Positions 12,940-25,155 of a stretch of DNA of 64,000 nucleotides are shown piece after piece. The stretch spans positions 54,686,001 to 54,750,000 of the forward strand of contig NC_087436.1 in the NCBI RefSeq assembly GCF_036321535.1. Direction: 5' to 3'. This DNA comes from Camelus dromedarius. Taxonomy: Eukaryota. Numbering within the stretch: position 1 is the stretch's first letter; the number at the start of each line of letters is the position of its first letter. The notes under the pieces were generated by a model. It was not told the origin of the DNA. It saw only the letters and a list, made by a program, of their open reading frames with translations, and did not search any database. Both the position numbers and the translations under genes were made by a program.

Positions 12940-13668
12940 CAGGATCTGCAAACTATGAACCCTTAGCCAATGACTTTGTAAATAAAGATTTATTGAACCA
13001 TGGCCATCCTCATTCATTTAAATATTGTCTATGATTGCTTTCATGATAAAACTATAAAGGGTTCCAGAATATATCATTGTGGCATAAGGATTATTTTGAG
13101 TTAAAGACAGTTGAGAATCAATAAATGAAGGAAGAGGCTTTTGTGAACTCCCTTTATCTGCCTAAAAAGCAGAGCCTCCCAAAGGAATTCAACTGTCATA
13201 AATCCCCTTCCTGGAGTTTCACATCCAGGGAAGATTGACTCCAATCACTGGAAAGAAGTTGGCAACGGGAACAAGAAATCACCTAGACAGAAACTGTCAC
13301 AAAACTATCATATCTCCCATTTTTTCTCCTCAGGGCCCATTTATCTTTCCTAAAAAGTCACTTGTTTTCCCATAAATGCCCTTTTTCCTCCACCTCCTCC
13401 CCTACTGAGATGGTATATAACTCCACATGCTAACGGGGTTTCTGTGAGCTCTCCTGTGAACATACATGAGTAAACTGTCTTTTCTCTTGCTAATCTGTCT
13501 TTTGTCAGTTTACTTCACAGGGCCCCACATACTAAATCTAAGAGGGTTATGGGGAAGTTTTCCTTCCTGACAACTGCACTGTCAAGAAGTCGCAGCAGAG
13601 ATCCTCTGGCCTACAAAATGTAAAATGTTTGCTATCTAGCATGTAAGAGAAAGTTTGCCAATGTCTCG
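12940..13668 (+). mobile_element. MER58A-like hAT-Charlie MITE split by an LTR (halves 12940-13052 and 13573-13668)
   Basis: cagg..gcaaacta..ttgtaaataaag.ttattgaac..tattgtctatg.ttgctttc | ..cagaga..tggcc..aaagtttgcc matches MER58A as I recall it. Confidence 0.8.
13053..13572 (+). mobile_element. ERV1-class solo LTR, MER34-like
   Basis: ggcataaggattattttgag.., tatataa box near 13415, ends gctaatctgtcttttgtcag..ttttccttcctgaca. Homologous to 4570-5072. Confidence 0.85.
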
Positions 13669-14147
13669 CACAGCCAAATGATTATTCAGAAACATAATAT
13701 AGAACTTTACTACCTTTTAGCCCACTTAAAAGTGAATCTGAAGTTTCTATAAAAGGCACAGCCATATTATCTACTTGCAATAATCATACAAATGATGAAG
13801 GAAATATATAAGCTTGTTTACCGGCATTTTGCTAATGTGGTCCCCAGCAATAAGAACCTAGATAGCTACTTCTTGTCCTAAAGGTTATTACATAATTGCA
13901 GGAATTTTACCAAATATGTCTAGTTGAAATTCCAATCAGCTACACACTGTGTGGTACATATGTGACACAATAAATATTCAAATACAAATAATCTAGAAAA
14001 TCATCGTTTGATTTCTATTTTTAAATTTTACAGAGTTTGATTATCTAATGATATAGCTATGTGTGTTCCTCTTCTGTGAATTGTCTGTTCAAATCTTACT
14101 GATCTCCACTTAAGTATTTATAAATACTGCATATACATGAGTATTTG

Positions 14148-15450
14148 CTTTTAATACTATGTTGAATAAAAGTGGCAAGAGTGGCCATCTTTGTTTTGTT
14201 TCTGATCTTTGAGGAAATGCTTTCAGCTGTTCACCATTGAGTATGATGTGCTGTAGGTTTATCACATAAGGCCTTTATTATGTTGAGGTATGTTCCCTCT
14301 ATACCCACTTTGTAGAGAGTTTTTATTATAAATGGATGTTGAATTTTGTGAAAAGCTTTTTTCTGCATCTATTGAGAAATCATATGGTTTATAGTCTTCA
14401 GTTTGTTAATGTGGTGTATCACAGCAATTACATTGCGGATATTGAAACTTCATTGCATCCTTGGTATAAATCCAACTTGATCATGGTGTATGATCCTTTT
14501 AATGCTTTGTTGAACATGATTTGCTAATATTTTGTTCAGGACTATTGCATCTATGTTCATCAGTGATATTGCTTGTAATTTCCTTTTTTTTTTTTTTTTG
14601 TGGTGTTTGTGTCTGGTTTTGGTATCAGCATGATACTGGCATCAAAGAATGAGTTTCAAAGCATTCTTTTCCTCTTCAATTTTTTTGGAATAGTTTGAGA
14701 AAGACAGGTGTTAATTCTTTAAATATTTGATAGTATTCACCTTTGAAACCATCTGGTCCTGGACTTTTGTTTGTTGGAGTTTTGTTTTGTTTTTAATGAT
14801 TCAATTTCATTACTGGTAATCAGTCCATTCATATTTTCTATTTCTTCCTGATTTAGTCTTGGGAGATTGTACATTTCTAGGAATTTGTCCATTTCTTCTA
14901 GGTTGTCCATATTATTGACATATAATTGTAGTAATTTCTTATGAGCCTTTGTATTTCTGTGATGTGGGTTGTAACCTCTCCTTTTTCATTTTTGATTTTA
15001 TGATTTGGCCTCCCTCTTTTTTCTTGAGTCTGGTTTAAAGGTTTACCAATTTTATCTTTTCAAAGAACCAGTTCCTAGTTTCATTGGTCTTTTCCATTAT
15101 TATTTTAGTCTCTATTTCATTTATTTTCCCTCTGATCTTTACTGTTTCTTTCCTTCTACTAACTTTGGGTGTTGTTCTCTTTCCAGTCCCTTTAGGTGTA
15201 AGAGTAGATTATTTGAAAATTTGCTTGTTTCCTAAAGTAGGCTTATATTGCTATAAACTTCACTCTTAGAACTGCTTTTACTGTTTCCCATAGATTTTAG
15301 ATTTTTGTGTTTCCATTTTCACTTGTCTCCAGTTTTTTTTTTTTTTTTTTTTTTTAATTTTCTCTTTGAGTTCTTCAATGACACATTGGTTGTTTGGTAA
15401 CATGTTGTTTGGTAACATTTTCTTTAGCCTACACTTGTGTGAGTTTTCCT
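14148..15450 (-). mobile_element. L1 ORF2 fragment (end of endonuclease to RT region), degraded
   Basis: Typical antisense L1 text: aatactatgttgaataaaagtgg, ttcaccattgagtatgatg, ccatctggtcctggactttt. Many stops. Confidence 0.93.
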
Positions 15451-15621
15451 CCTACCCATCTCACTGTGGTTCCTTCTTTATGTCTTTAGCCATGGAAAAT
15501 CTTTTCTGCTAGTCTTCAGGTTATACTCATAGATAGTTGCTCTATAAGTAGTTGTAATTTTGCTGTGTCCATGGGAGGAGACAAGTTCAGGGTCTTTCTA
15601 CTCTGCCATCTTGGCCACCTC
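15451..15621 (-). mobile_element. L1 5' UTR start
   Basis: Reverse complement reads ccaagatggcagagtagaaagaccctgaacttgtctcctcc..aaaattacaacta, an L1 5' end with the YY1-type aagatggc motif. Confidence 0.75.
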
Positions 15622-17765
15622 TTGTTCATTGATTTTATTTTTCCAGAAATGTATTAAGTAATTTAGAATTTAATTTAGATAAGTAGGTAAGCATTAAATT
15701 GTATCAGAGACTCCAATTTTCCAAACCTTCTTGGTAGAATAACAAGAGTCAGTAGAAGTTGCCATACCCAGGAACGCTCAAAGTGTCTCCTGCCCTTTGT
15801 GTGACATGTTTCATACTTAGTGTATCTTTGACACTTTTAACATGGGCAACACAATTACTTCAGTGTTTCTGATTTCAAGAAAGTGAATTTATAGCAGGAA
15901 GCTTATATAAAACTGGTAATAAAAATATGTTCTTCTGTACCACCCACAGCCTAATGACAACTAGTACCAGATGTTTATTAGTGGGAACCAAGAACTTAAT
16001 TTTAGAAATAAAAATTAGGAATGCACAAATGTGAGAATATTATTTTTCCCCTGGTATGTACCAAGGATCCTGATGTATAAGTGCCCAATAAATGTGTGCT
16101 GAATCAATCAAAACTTGATAATATTTTCCATAGAGTCAATCAAATCCTTGATATTAAAAGTACTACAGGGTTATCCTCTCTACTCCCTTCTACCAGTCCT
16201 AGCCTAGGTCTCTTAATCTTTAGTCTCTTTTCTGAGACAATACATAATTAGTACAATCCCTCTTCCATATGTAGTCTTTCGTATGGTTTAAGACAGTTTT
16301 AATTTCCTATAGAAGACACTTCTGATTTTTTTAATATGTAAACTCTGTGTGAATAGTATTGAATTTACTAATCATGGTAAGACAAAATGTCTCATACATA
16401 GTAGATACTGAATAATTTGAAGGATGAATTTTAGATACATACAGTATTTTTAATATACTATGTACTGTATTTTTGATATTTCAAGTACTGTATTTTAAAA
16501 TATCTATGTAAGTAATTTTTTGCCTGTATATTCACATTCCTCTTAAATAGTAGGGTACAGAATTTAAGGAATTGTTATTTTGCTGAATGTACTTCAATTG
16601 ATGCAGACTAAGATCATACTGGCCCTTTGACAAACACATTATATTTTTAGATTAATTATACCTCTGGATTCATAGCTTAGCTTCTGAATATCTAGCATAT
16701 GCACAAATGGAACGTTAAAAGGATATATAACTGTATGATTTTGCCATGTTTATCCGTCTGGAATCTTTAAGCCAAGGGCACATATTAGTGCTTTTAAATT
16801 TTTTGAATTTTCTGGAAAAAAGAATATAAAAATCTTAAATGTGGGCAATGTTTTGGTTGGTGATATAAATCAAACCTTAAAATGCCACAGAAATATTTTG
16901 TCCACATCCGCTATTTGAATTGTGTATTTTAACATTAATGCTTTTTGGTTTCTCTGGATTTTTGAGTGTTTCAAACATAAAAATAATTAATGTCATTTGC
17001 CTTTTATTGCACCTGGGGTCTGACAGAAACTGCAAATATATATATATAAAACAATGTCTTTAAAATATACCACAATTCTTTTCTCCTAAAAAATAGGGTT
17101 TTAAAATGCTTGAAAATTGAAAAAAAAAATGCTCCTTTGGCATATTTGTGCTGGACATACATTCCACTTTTTAACTATTGGGCTCCAAGTCCAGTTGTGG
17201 GGCATATGTTGTGTTGATGTTTTCAATATTTTATATACTTTCAAACTGGCTTCCAATTATGCAGGATTTTTCTGTGTGTAGATGCAGATAACTGGGAAAT
17301 AACCCATGGATGAGCACACATGAAGGAACATGGTAAACGTCTAACCAATTACTCTTATTTGCATAGTCCTACTTCCCAAGTAGATTACAAAGACAAGAAG
17401 AAAGTGATAATGTAATAAAAGAAACCTAATAAAAGGAGGCATTTAAATTATTTTTTGTATTTAATTTTGTTTTTGCTTTTTGCAGCTTTATAGTAGATGA
17501 CTAGATAATTAACAAGGAGAGTATAAGGATCACAAGAGAAGATGGTAAATAAACTGGACTGTTCTAAATTTAAAGAATTTTTCTGACAGTTGATTCTAAT
17601 GAATGAAAGCAGTTTTCTGAGTTCTGAGTTTATAGTACAATAAAATTAACATTCAAATTTTCTAATATTGTCCTATAAATAGCTACAATTTTCTCAGATT
17701 TATAATCAGAGTGACTACATCATTTGTTCTTGAAACCAGAATATTTTAGGAGTGAATGGGTGAGC

Positions 17766-17837
17766 TATGGGTAACCATGCCTGCAGTAGGCATAAACACA
17801 GATTGTTCCAGCCAAATAAACGCATATGGTCATGCCT
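17766..17837. mobile_element. hAT-Blackjack MITE remnant (MER81/MER94-like)
   Basis: TIR-like gggtaaccat..catatggtcatgcct and internal aggcataaac. Confidence 0.45.
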
Positions 17838-17934
17838 GCACAGTGTTCTGTAACTCAGAGATAATTACTGAATTCAATCAAGTTTGGAATTTTTGTTTGA
17901 TTGCTTGATTTCTTTGATTCTTTTTCTTATATTC

Positions 17935-18316
17935 TTGCCTTTCCTACTTGGAATGTTTTTCCTCAGATTTGCACATACCTGACACCTTCTTACTCAAATT
18001 TTAGCAGTTATATCTAATTTTTAGAGAGCCCTTTTCTGGAGCACCTTATGTAATGCCATCCACCCCACAGCCCTCCCACTGCCAACTATCCCACTGCCCA
18101 CCCACACCAATATATCATTTTATTGTTTTCTTCTTTTTATAGTTATAATCATGATCTGAAATTATCTCATTTTTTATTTATATGCTAATTGTCTGTCTCT
18201 CCCCCCCAAAATGTAAGCTCCACAAGAAAGGGACCTTCTAACTGTGTTGTATTCTGCCAAATCTTTAGAACTAGGAAGAATCTCTGGCTCAATAAAAACA
18301 TGTTGAGTTCATGAAC
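17935..18316 (+). mobile_element. L2 3' end
   Basis: ttcctacttggaatg..tgtaagctccacaag..ctcaataaaaacatgttgag. Confidence 0.8.
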
Positions 18317-18493
18317 AAACAACTAACCAACTAGCATTACCAGCTTATGTTGGTGTTTAGAGATGGAACTAGAAAAAAATGGGAAAAAACTTGAACATAG
18401 ATTACTTAAAATTTCTGTGTTACTATAATTTCATGTAGTAACAGATATTTCAAGTTTTGGAAAATGTAGATTTGTTTATGTAATTAGATTTAT

Positions 18494-18785
18494 GAAAACA
18501 AACTTATGATTACCAAGGGGGAGGTGGGGGCAGGGTGAGATACATTAGGAGTTTGGGATTAACAGATACACATTACTATATATAAAACAGATAAACAACA
18601 AGGACTTACTGTATAGCACAGAGTACTATATTCAATATCTAATAATAACCTATAATGGAAAAGAGTCTGAAAAAGAATACACACACACACACACATATAT
18701 ATATATATCTGAATCACTTTGCTGTACACCTCAAATGAACATAACATTTTAAATCAACTATACTTCAACAAAACAAACAAAAAAA
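18494..18785 (+). mobile_element. 5'-truncated L1 3' UTR (cetartiodactyl-type) with internal (CA)n(TA)n
   Basis: gaaaacaaacttatg..ggagtttgggattaacagatacac..ctgaatcactttgctgtacacc..atcaactatacttcaa followed by an A-rich tail. Confidence 0.9.
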
Positions 18786-20884
18786 GTTTGGGTCATTTGA
18801 ATAAAAGACACAGATTATGGTTTACGGTAGAATATCCTTTACCCAGATTCTTAGTTCACTTTATGGCAGATGTAAATAATCACAGAAATAACATAAAAGA
18901 TTCCAAAAATGAATGCCTTCCACATGAAGGTTTACATTTTTTTTTCCATGAAGAGTGAAAATCATCCTGTCTTGTTAGGGAGGTATAGAAATAGCCAAGT
19001 ACACAGAATACCAAGGGAGAGACTTAACTCCATATTTATAAATCCAGGGTTAAGTCAATTTTATCAATATGCAGCTACAACCCTGGAACTCATCTATCAT
19101 CTACTGTAGTGGGAGACAACCTGAAATTCTAACTGGCACATCCCTCTCCTCTCTTCTTGAACGTGGTACATAAATAACACTACAGAACTTAGCCTTTATT
19201 TCAATATTAATTGCATAACAGTTTCTTGACAAGTGTGTTATATGCCACTGAAAGAAAGGGGAAAAAAATCTCTCAGATGGATCCATTCTTCTGGAGACTT
19301 TGCCTCTTTTTCAAATTAAAAAACCTACTAGGAAGAATAAATTCATAACATACTATTTATAACTTGAATGAGAAAGTGGCTGTTCTTCAATTGAAACTTT
19401 TTTTAATGGACTGCAGAATTCTTAAAATAACTATAAGAGAAAAATTACTAGAAATAAGATTCATTTTTCATTTGATATAACTCTCTAGCTCAGTCTAAAT
19501 GCAGTAACCAAACTAGAATTCTCCATAAACAATATAGCCAACATTCAATATTTGAAGGACACTAAAAGGGCAACCTGTCTAAAAATTTCTTATGCCCTAT
19601 TGTCCCTACTTCCCCCAATTTTTTGTCCCTAAAATATTATCATCAGTTAAAATTTTATCCACAATATGTCTTTGATAAAAGATTGTTCTTTCTCTTCACA
19701 CTGTCTCCCAAGCTCTTCCTTTCCATTCTTACTCTCTTTCCTACATTATTAATAAAAGTATTTTAAGTGCAAGTCTTTAGTGAATTCCTGGTGATATCTT
19801 TATAACAGTATTTTAAAGGTTATTTCTAGATCTTAGTTAAATGTTATTAAGCCTTTAGGGGAAGTGGCAGGTATACTCAGTGATATAGAATTAGAAACTT
19901 TTAAGTATGAGGAAACTTCCACTCACAAATAATTAACAACATCAGCAAAATGCTTCTGATTCCTGACAAGAAGATCTAGCATGGCTGATGGCTTATCCTT
20001 TAAACCTAAAGCCAGAAATAGAAAAGAAAATGACACTGCTGGACTCAGTAATCTAAGACAAATGGTAAGAAATTCCTGGGGAGATAGAAGACATTTGAAA
20101 GCACAACTGTAATGGGGAACATTAGGAGCTGAGGTCAGAGGAGAATTAGATGTTTCCAAGTGGGTGAGAGCTTTACAATTGTGGCTTTCCCTCTCCTCTA
20201 CTTAAGCATGGGGGGATAATTACCTGTACTTGCACCATTCTGGGACAGGAAACCTGGTGGCACCACAGTGGAACCAGCCAGAGGTGACAGAGTAACATCA
20301 GTACAGAGAAGGGTCCAGCTGAGGTGGGGAGCAGATAGTATCTGCAGCTAACAAGGTGGGTAGCTGCTGAGAATTTTCTTCTCCCCACTCTGTCTAAGTG
20401 AGTTTACCTGAAAGAAGCAGCTCAGGGCAAAGAACAATGCCTGGAATCAAACAAGATATTTCAGAAAAACTTCAATAAAAAGAAAAGCTGTGATATTGAT
20501 TTTAAACTTAACAGAAATATAATTTGAAGAACAACATATGGGAATTTTTCCTTGAGACAGAGTAATCTTGTAAGGGTAGAGTGTGGGAGGGAAGTCGACC
20601 AAGGCTGGATGAGCAGATCACAAAGGCAGAGACTCTCTTCCCTGAGGTGTCTCCCACATATCCACACTCAGTCACCAGAAGGGCAAAATCCCTGTGCCAT
20701 GTTTGGTTCCCTCACCAAGTGACTAATAACCATTGCAAATGATACATCCAGAGGAATATAAGCCCACAAGAAAAGAGAAGGTTATAAATGAAGAATGTAT
20801 TAATTGAAATAAAAAATAACTAGGGGGTTTCATGAGCTAATGCATGTTATCCAATAAATATTCATTTTCATCATGTCAAAATAT

Positions 20885-21848
20885 ATCATCAAAAGAGTGA
20901 AAAGAAAGCTCACAGGATGGGAGAAAATGTATACCTCATTATTAACTCACACGTGACAGAATATATAAAGAACTCTGAAAACCCGATAACAAAAGACAAA
21001 TAACCCAATTAAAAAATGGACAAATATTCTAAACAAACATTTCTTCAGTGACGATATATAAATGGCCAATAAGCACATGAAGAATGGTCAACATTGATAG
21101 GCATCAGGAAAATGCAAATTAAAATTACAAGGCCAATTCACACACACAAGGATGGCTATGATCAAAAAAGACAGTAATAAGTGTTGGTGAGGATGTGAAG
21201 AAATTGGAGTCATCATATTTAGCTGATGGGAATGTAAAATGGTGCAGTCACCTTGGAAAATAATGGCAGACTATCTAAAGGTGAAGTTTGCATATTACCC
21301 AGAAACTTTACTCCTAGGTATATACCCAAGGAAAAGAAAAACACATGTCCACACAAAAATTGTACATAAATATTCTTAACAGCACTATTCATAATAGCCC
21401 CCAAAGTACAAACTAAAAAAAAAAGCACATCAACTGATGAATAGATAAATAAAATGTGGTATAACCATATAATGGGATATTACTAAGCAATAAAAAGAAA
21501 TAAAGTACTGATACATATTACGACACAGCTGAACCTTGAAAACATTATACCAAGTAAAAGAAACCAGTCACAAAAGACCACATATTATACTATTCCATTT
21601 ATATAAAATGGCAGAGTAGGCAGATCTATAGAGGCAGAAAGTGCATCAGTGGCTGCTTAGGGCTGAAGAATCTGGGTGGAAATGGGAATGACTGCTAATG
21701 AGTACTGAGTTTCTTTTAGGGGTGATGGAAGTGTGGTGATGGTTGCACAAACTGTGTACGTCCTAAAAACCATTGAGTTGTACACTTTAAAAGGGTGAAT
21801 TGTATGGTATGTGCATTATGTCTCAATAAAATTGCTACTTTTTAAAAA
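20885..21848 (+). mobile_element. L1MB-like 3' end
   Basis: aaatggccaataagcacatgaag..gaaccttgaaaacattat..tgtacactttaaaagggtgaattgtatgg..tcaataaa. Confidence 0.9.
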
Positions 21849-22051
21849 GCCCTAAGAAGAATGGATAAAGCCAACAAAGAAATTAGTGACTTGGGAGATT
21901 AGGTTGAGGAATTCTCACAGACGGCATTAGGAACATTAGGAATGGCTAGAAAGATAAGAATACCTTTTAGGATATGGAGGGTAGACTGAAAAGGATGAAC
22001 ATCCAAGTTATAGGAGCCCAAATTTTGAAAGAAAGTGGAATTTGTCATTTG

Positions 22052-22056
<5 letters not shown>

Positions 22057-22087
<31 letters not shown>
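22057..22087. repeat. (TA)n microsatellite, ~15 units
   Basis: Read directly. Confidence 0.95.
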
Positions 22088-22090
<3 letters not shown>

Positions 22091-22344
22091 AGATGTTCAA
22101 ACAAGATGAAATATCAGGTTTTATATACATAAAAGACTTCTTGAAGGAAATACATTCTTTATGACAGCTTAACAAAATTTAGTAACAACAAATCCTTGCT
22201 TACGTAAAAAGTGGTTTGGTAGATGGTATGTGCTGAAGTTTCTTAGCCTTAATAATTCAGATATCTGTTCATGATTCTAGCTGCACAAGTAAGTGTTCCT
22301 GTCATATTCTGTTAGATAAATTAAAATTGACTCAGAATCTTCCC

Positions 22345-22405
22345 TATCTATCTATCTATCTATCCATCCAGCCATCTATCATCTATCTATCAATAATCTA
22401 TATCT
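22345..22405. repeat. Imperfect (TATC)n microsatellite
   Basis: tatctatctatctatctatccatcc.. read directly. Confidence 0.85.
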
Positions 22406-23964
22406 ACATGTTATATGCAACAATCTTAATTATAGGTTTTAAAATATTTAGAAATCTTATTTAAAGAGATAACGAAGCTTATGTTTAAAATAGCATAAAC
22501 TGTATTGCACCATCACTTTGTCTAAATCTGAGTTTTAAAAAGTGAGTTTTTTTACTTGGGTAAAATAACTTGTTGGCAACTTTACCATCAACAGCTGAAA
22601 AAAACTGCCGTCAGACACCCTTGCTTCTCCACTAGCCTCAGCAGAAAGTGAGCATCTACTTCAAAATCCCAAGTGTGCAGAATCATGACTGCAAGGAGCA
22701 GTCTAGCAGCTAATAGTGCTGAGAAACTGTTTCTGCATTAAACATTTTAACTTTTCAAACCTGACCACTAAATAAAATTGTAATAAAAAATTAATTCTTA
22801 TGACACATTAGATTATCACATTTATTATTTGTGGGGATATTTGAGTTTTGTCTCAGTCTTGGTCAAATATTTTCACACTTGGCCACTTTCTATTTGGTAA
22901 TATTGTGTATTCATTAACTTTCTGTAAATAAGTACATAGAAAAAGACATACCAGGCAAATTTCAAAAAACAAAAAACAAAAAAACAGGGTAGCAATTATA
23001 AAATCAAACTAGTAACATAAAATCCCAATACAGATATATCCATTTGAAGCACATATGGATGGCCTAGTCAAAAAAGTGACCATGTTTAAGGTTGCACATA
23101 AAGTTTCAAACAATGACAAAAATGTTGTACAATTTTTTATCTATAATGCAATAAAACTGGAAATAGAGAAGTGGTAAACTTTTGTACATATAAATAAAAG
23201 ATTATATATCTGGAAACTGAAAAAAACACTAATAACTTTGGGTTAAAGAAGTGGGAAATTTAAAATATTTAAATTAAATAATATTGAAAGCACTATATGT
23301 TAAATCATTTGAGACATGAGAGTACGTAGAGGGACATCTGTAGATTTTGCTTTAGCTTTAGAAGAAATGAAAACAAGAGACAAATGTTTAACCCCCCCAA
23401 ATGAGAAAACAGCAAATAACCAAACAAAAAAACAAAGAGAGAGAGAGAGAAATGTGGAACAGATATCGAAAATTGAAAATTCACTTTTCAGAAGGGTCAT
23501 AGGTTAGGCAACCCTATGGCAAGACAAATGAAAAAAAAAAGAAAGATGTAAATAAATAAAAAAATGTTAAAAGAGAACATAATGAGGTTCAATAAAACAT
23601 GACAAAAAATACTGAGAACAGCATTAAATTTGAAAACTATATAAAATAAAAACATTTCTTCCAAAATATATGTCAAAATTTGTAGAAGAATAAATAAATG
23701 CTTGAATATATCAAAACCATGAAAGAAGTTTCCATGGCAATAATGTAATTTAAAGGGCAAACCTTATGAGACAACTTATGCAAAAAGACTCCAGATCCAG
23801 TTTTATATGTAATATCTAGCATGTAATATCAACTAAACTTTCCAGCAAAATAACATCCTATCTTCTACACATTGTTCTACAAAAGAGAAGTGGGAAAGCT
23901 ATTAACTTATTTTATGATACTAGGAAAACTTTGATTCCTGACCTGGTTAAAGACAGCAGATCAA

Positions 23965-24840
23965 AATGAGAATGTGTTCAGCTTCAAGTAACAGAAATGC
24001 TGATTTACAATAGTTTAAAAAATAGAGGTTTATTTTCCCTTATAAAAGACATCCAGAGGTATGATTTTCTTTTACTCATTCAGCTACTTAATGATGAAAT
24101 AACACTCAGGCTGTTTTTATCTTTCCACTCTTGCCATCATAGCACATTGGCTTTCATCCTTATCCTTGAGATTTTGTGGTTGGAAGTGCTATTGCAACTC
24201 CATATGCCATAACCATCTTCAAGACAATGAAAAGGGAGAAACAGAGAGCTAGGTACATTCTTACTCTTTATCACTAAAATAAGAGTTCTCCCAGAAACCT
24301 CCTCAGTTGACTTTCACTTAAACCCTGTTGAATCAGACCACTGGGACACAGCTAGCTGTAAGGAGTTTTAGAAAACCAGGGACATGGGTATTTTGATTTA
24401 CTTTGATCAGGGCGTCTCAAAGTGTGATCTGGGAACTCCCCATTTTCAGAGGATCTGGATTATTTTTATAATAATGCTAAGCTGTTATTTGCCTCTTTTA
24501 CTCTCACTTTTTCACAAGTGTACAGTGGAGTTTCCAGATTACATGATATGTGATAATTATAATGTTAATGATCAGTTGGCCAGGAATGCATGCTTATGCA
24601 TTTCTGTGTTTTGGACCTTTCTCAATAGACTCAAATCACAGAAATAAAAGTTCTTTGGGGTCTTCAATACTTTCTTAAAATATGAGAAGGTATGCAGAAA
24701 AAAGGCTTGAAAACTGCTGGCTTAGACAAATCAAGATTCTTGAACAGTTAGGAAGATTGCTGCATTGAGTAAATTAGTGTTTTTTAGTGAAGAAGATGTA
24801 GGGTATTGTATTGGGTAGGGAACTAATGCAGTCTGAGCAG
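23965..24840 (-). mobile_element. Old MaLR LTR (MLT1J/K/L-like), interrupted by a hAT MITE
   Basis: gaatgtgttcagcttcaagtaacagaaa..; ctagctgtaaggag; gcttagacaaatcaagat..gtattgggtagggaactaa. Confidence 0.7.
24408..24719 (+). mobile_element. hAT-Charlie MITE (MER106/MER119-like)
   Basis: TIRs cagggcgtctcaaa / ttgaaaactgctg. Degraded 8-bp TSD actttgat / gcttagac. Confidence 0.7.
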
Positions 24841-25116
24841 TCTAGATAAGAAAACAAAATTGTGACTACTTAACTTAAAAACAGACAATTCCTAAGTTAA
24901 TTATTAAAAATGACCACAATATTATATTAAAAATCAATATAGCATTACCAAGTAGGATTTATTTCTGGAATGCATAGATGGTTCACCAGAAAATGTATTA
25001 ATGCAATTTAACACATAAATGGTCTAAATTATTAAATTAATATGGTTATCTCAATATATGTGATAAAGTTCAAAATCAATTTTATAATAAAATGACCAGA
25101 AAATTATAAACTAACT

Positions 25117-25155
25117 GCTTCTATAGCTCAGTTGTAGAGGAGAGGATTGTAGATC
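25117..25155 (+). pseudogene. Retrocopied 5' half (5' exon) of tRNA-Tyr(GTA) fused to L1
   Basis: gcttctatagctcagtt-gtagaggagaggattgtag(atc) vs mammalian tRNA-Tyr CCTTCGATAGCTCAGTTGGTAGAGCGGAGGACTGTAG(ATC): 31/37 identical by hand alignment. Anticodon GTA at 25149-25151. Confidence 0.8.

Noticed and set aside
17485..17543. Plus-strand exon-like segment (ttttgcag|..ATG|gtaaat)
   Set aside because: Stops in all three frames and no supporting gene structure.
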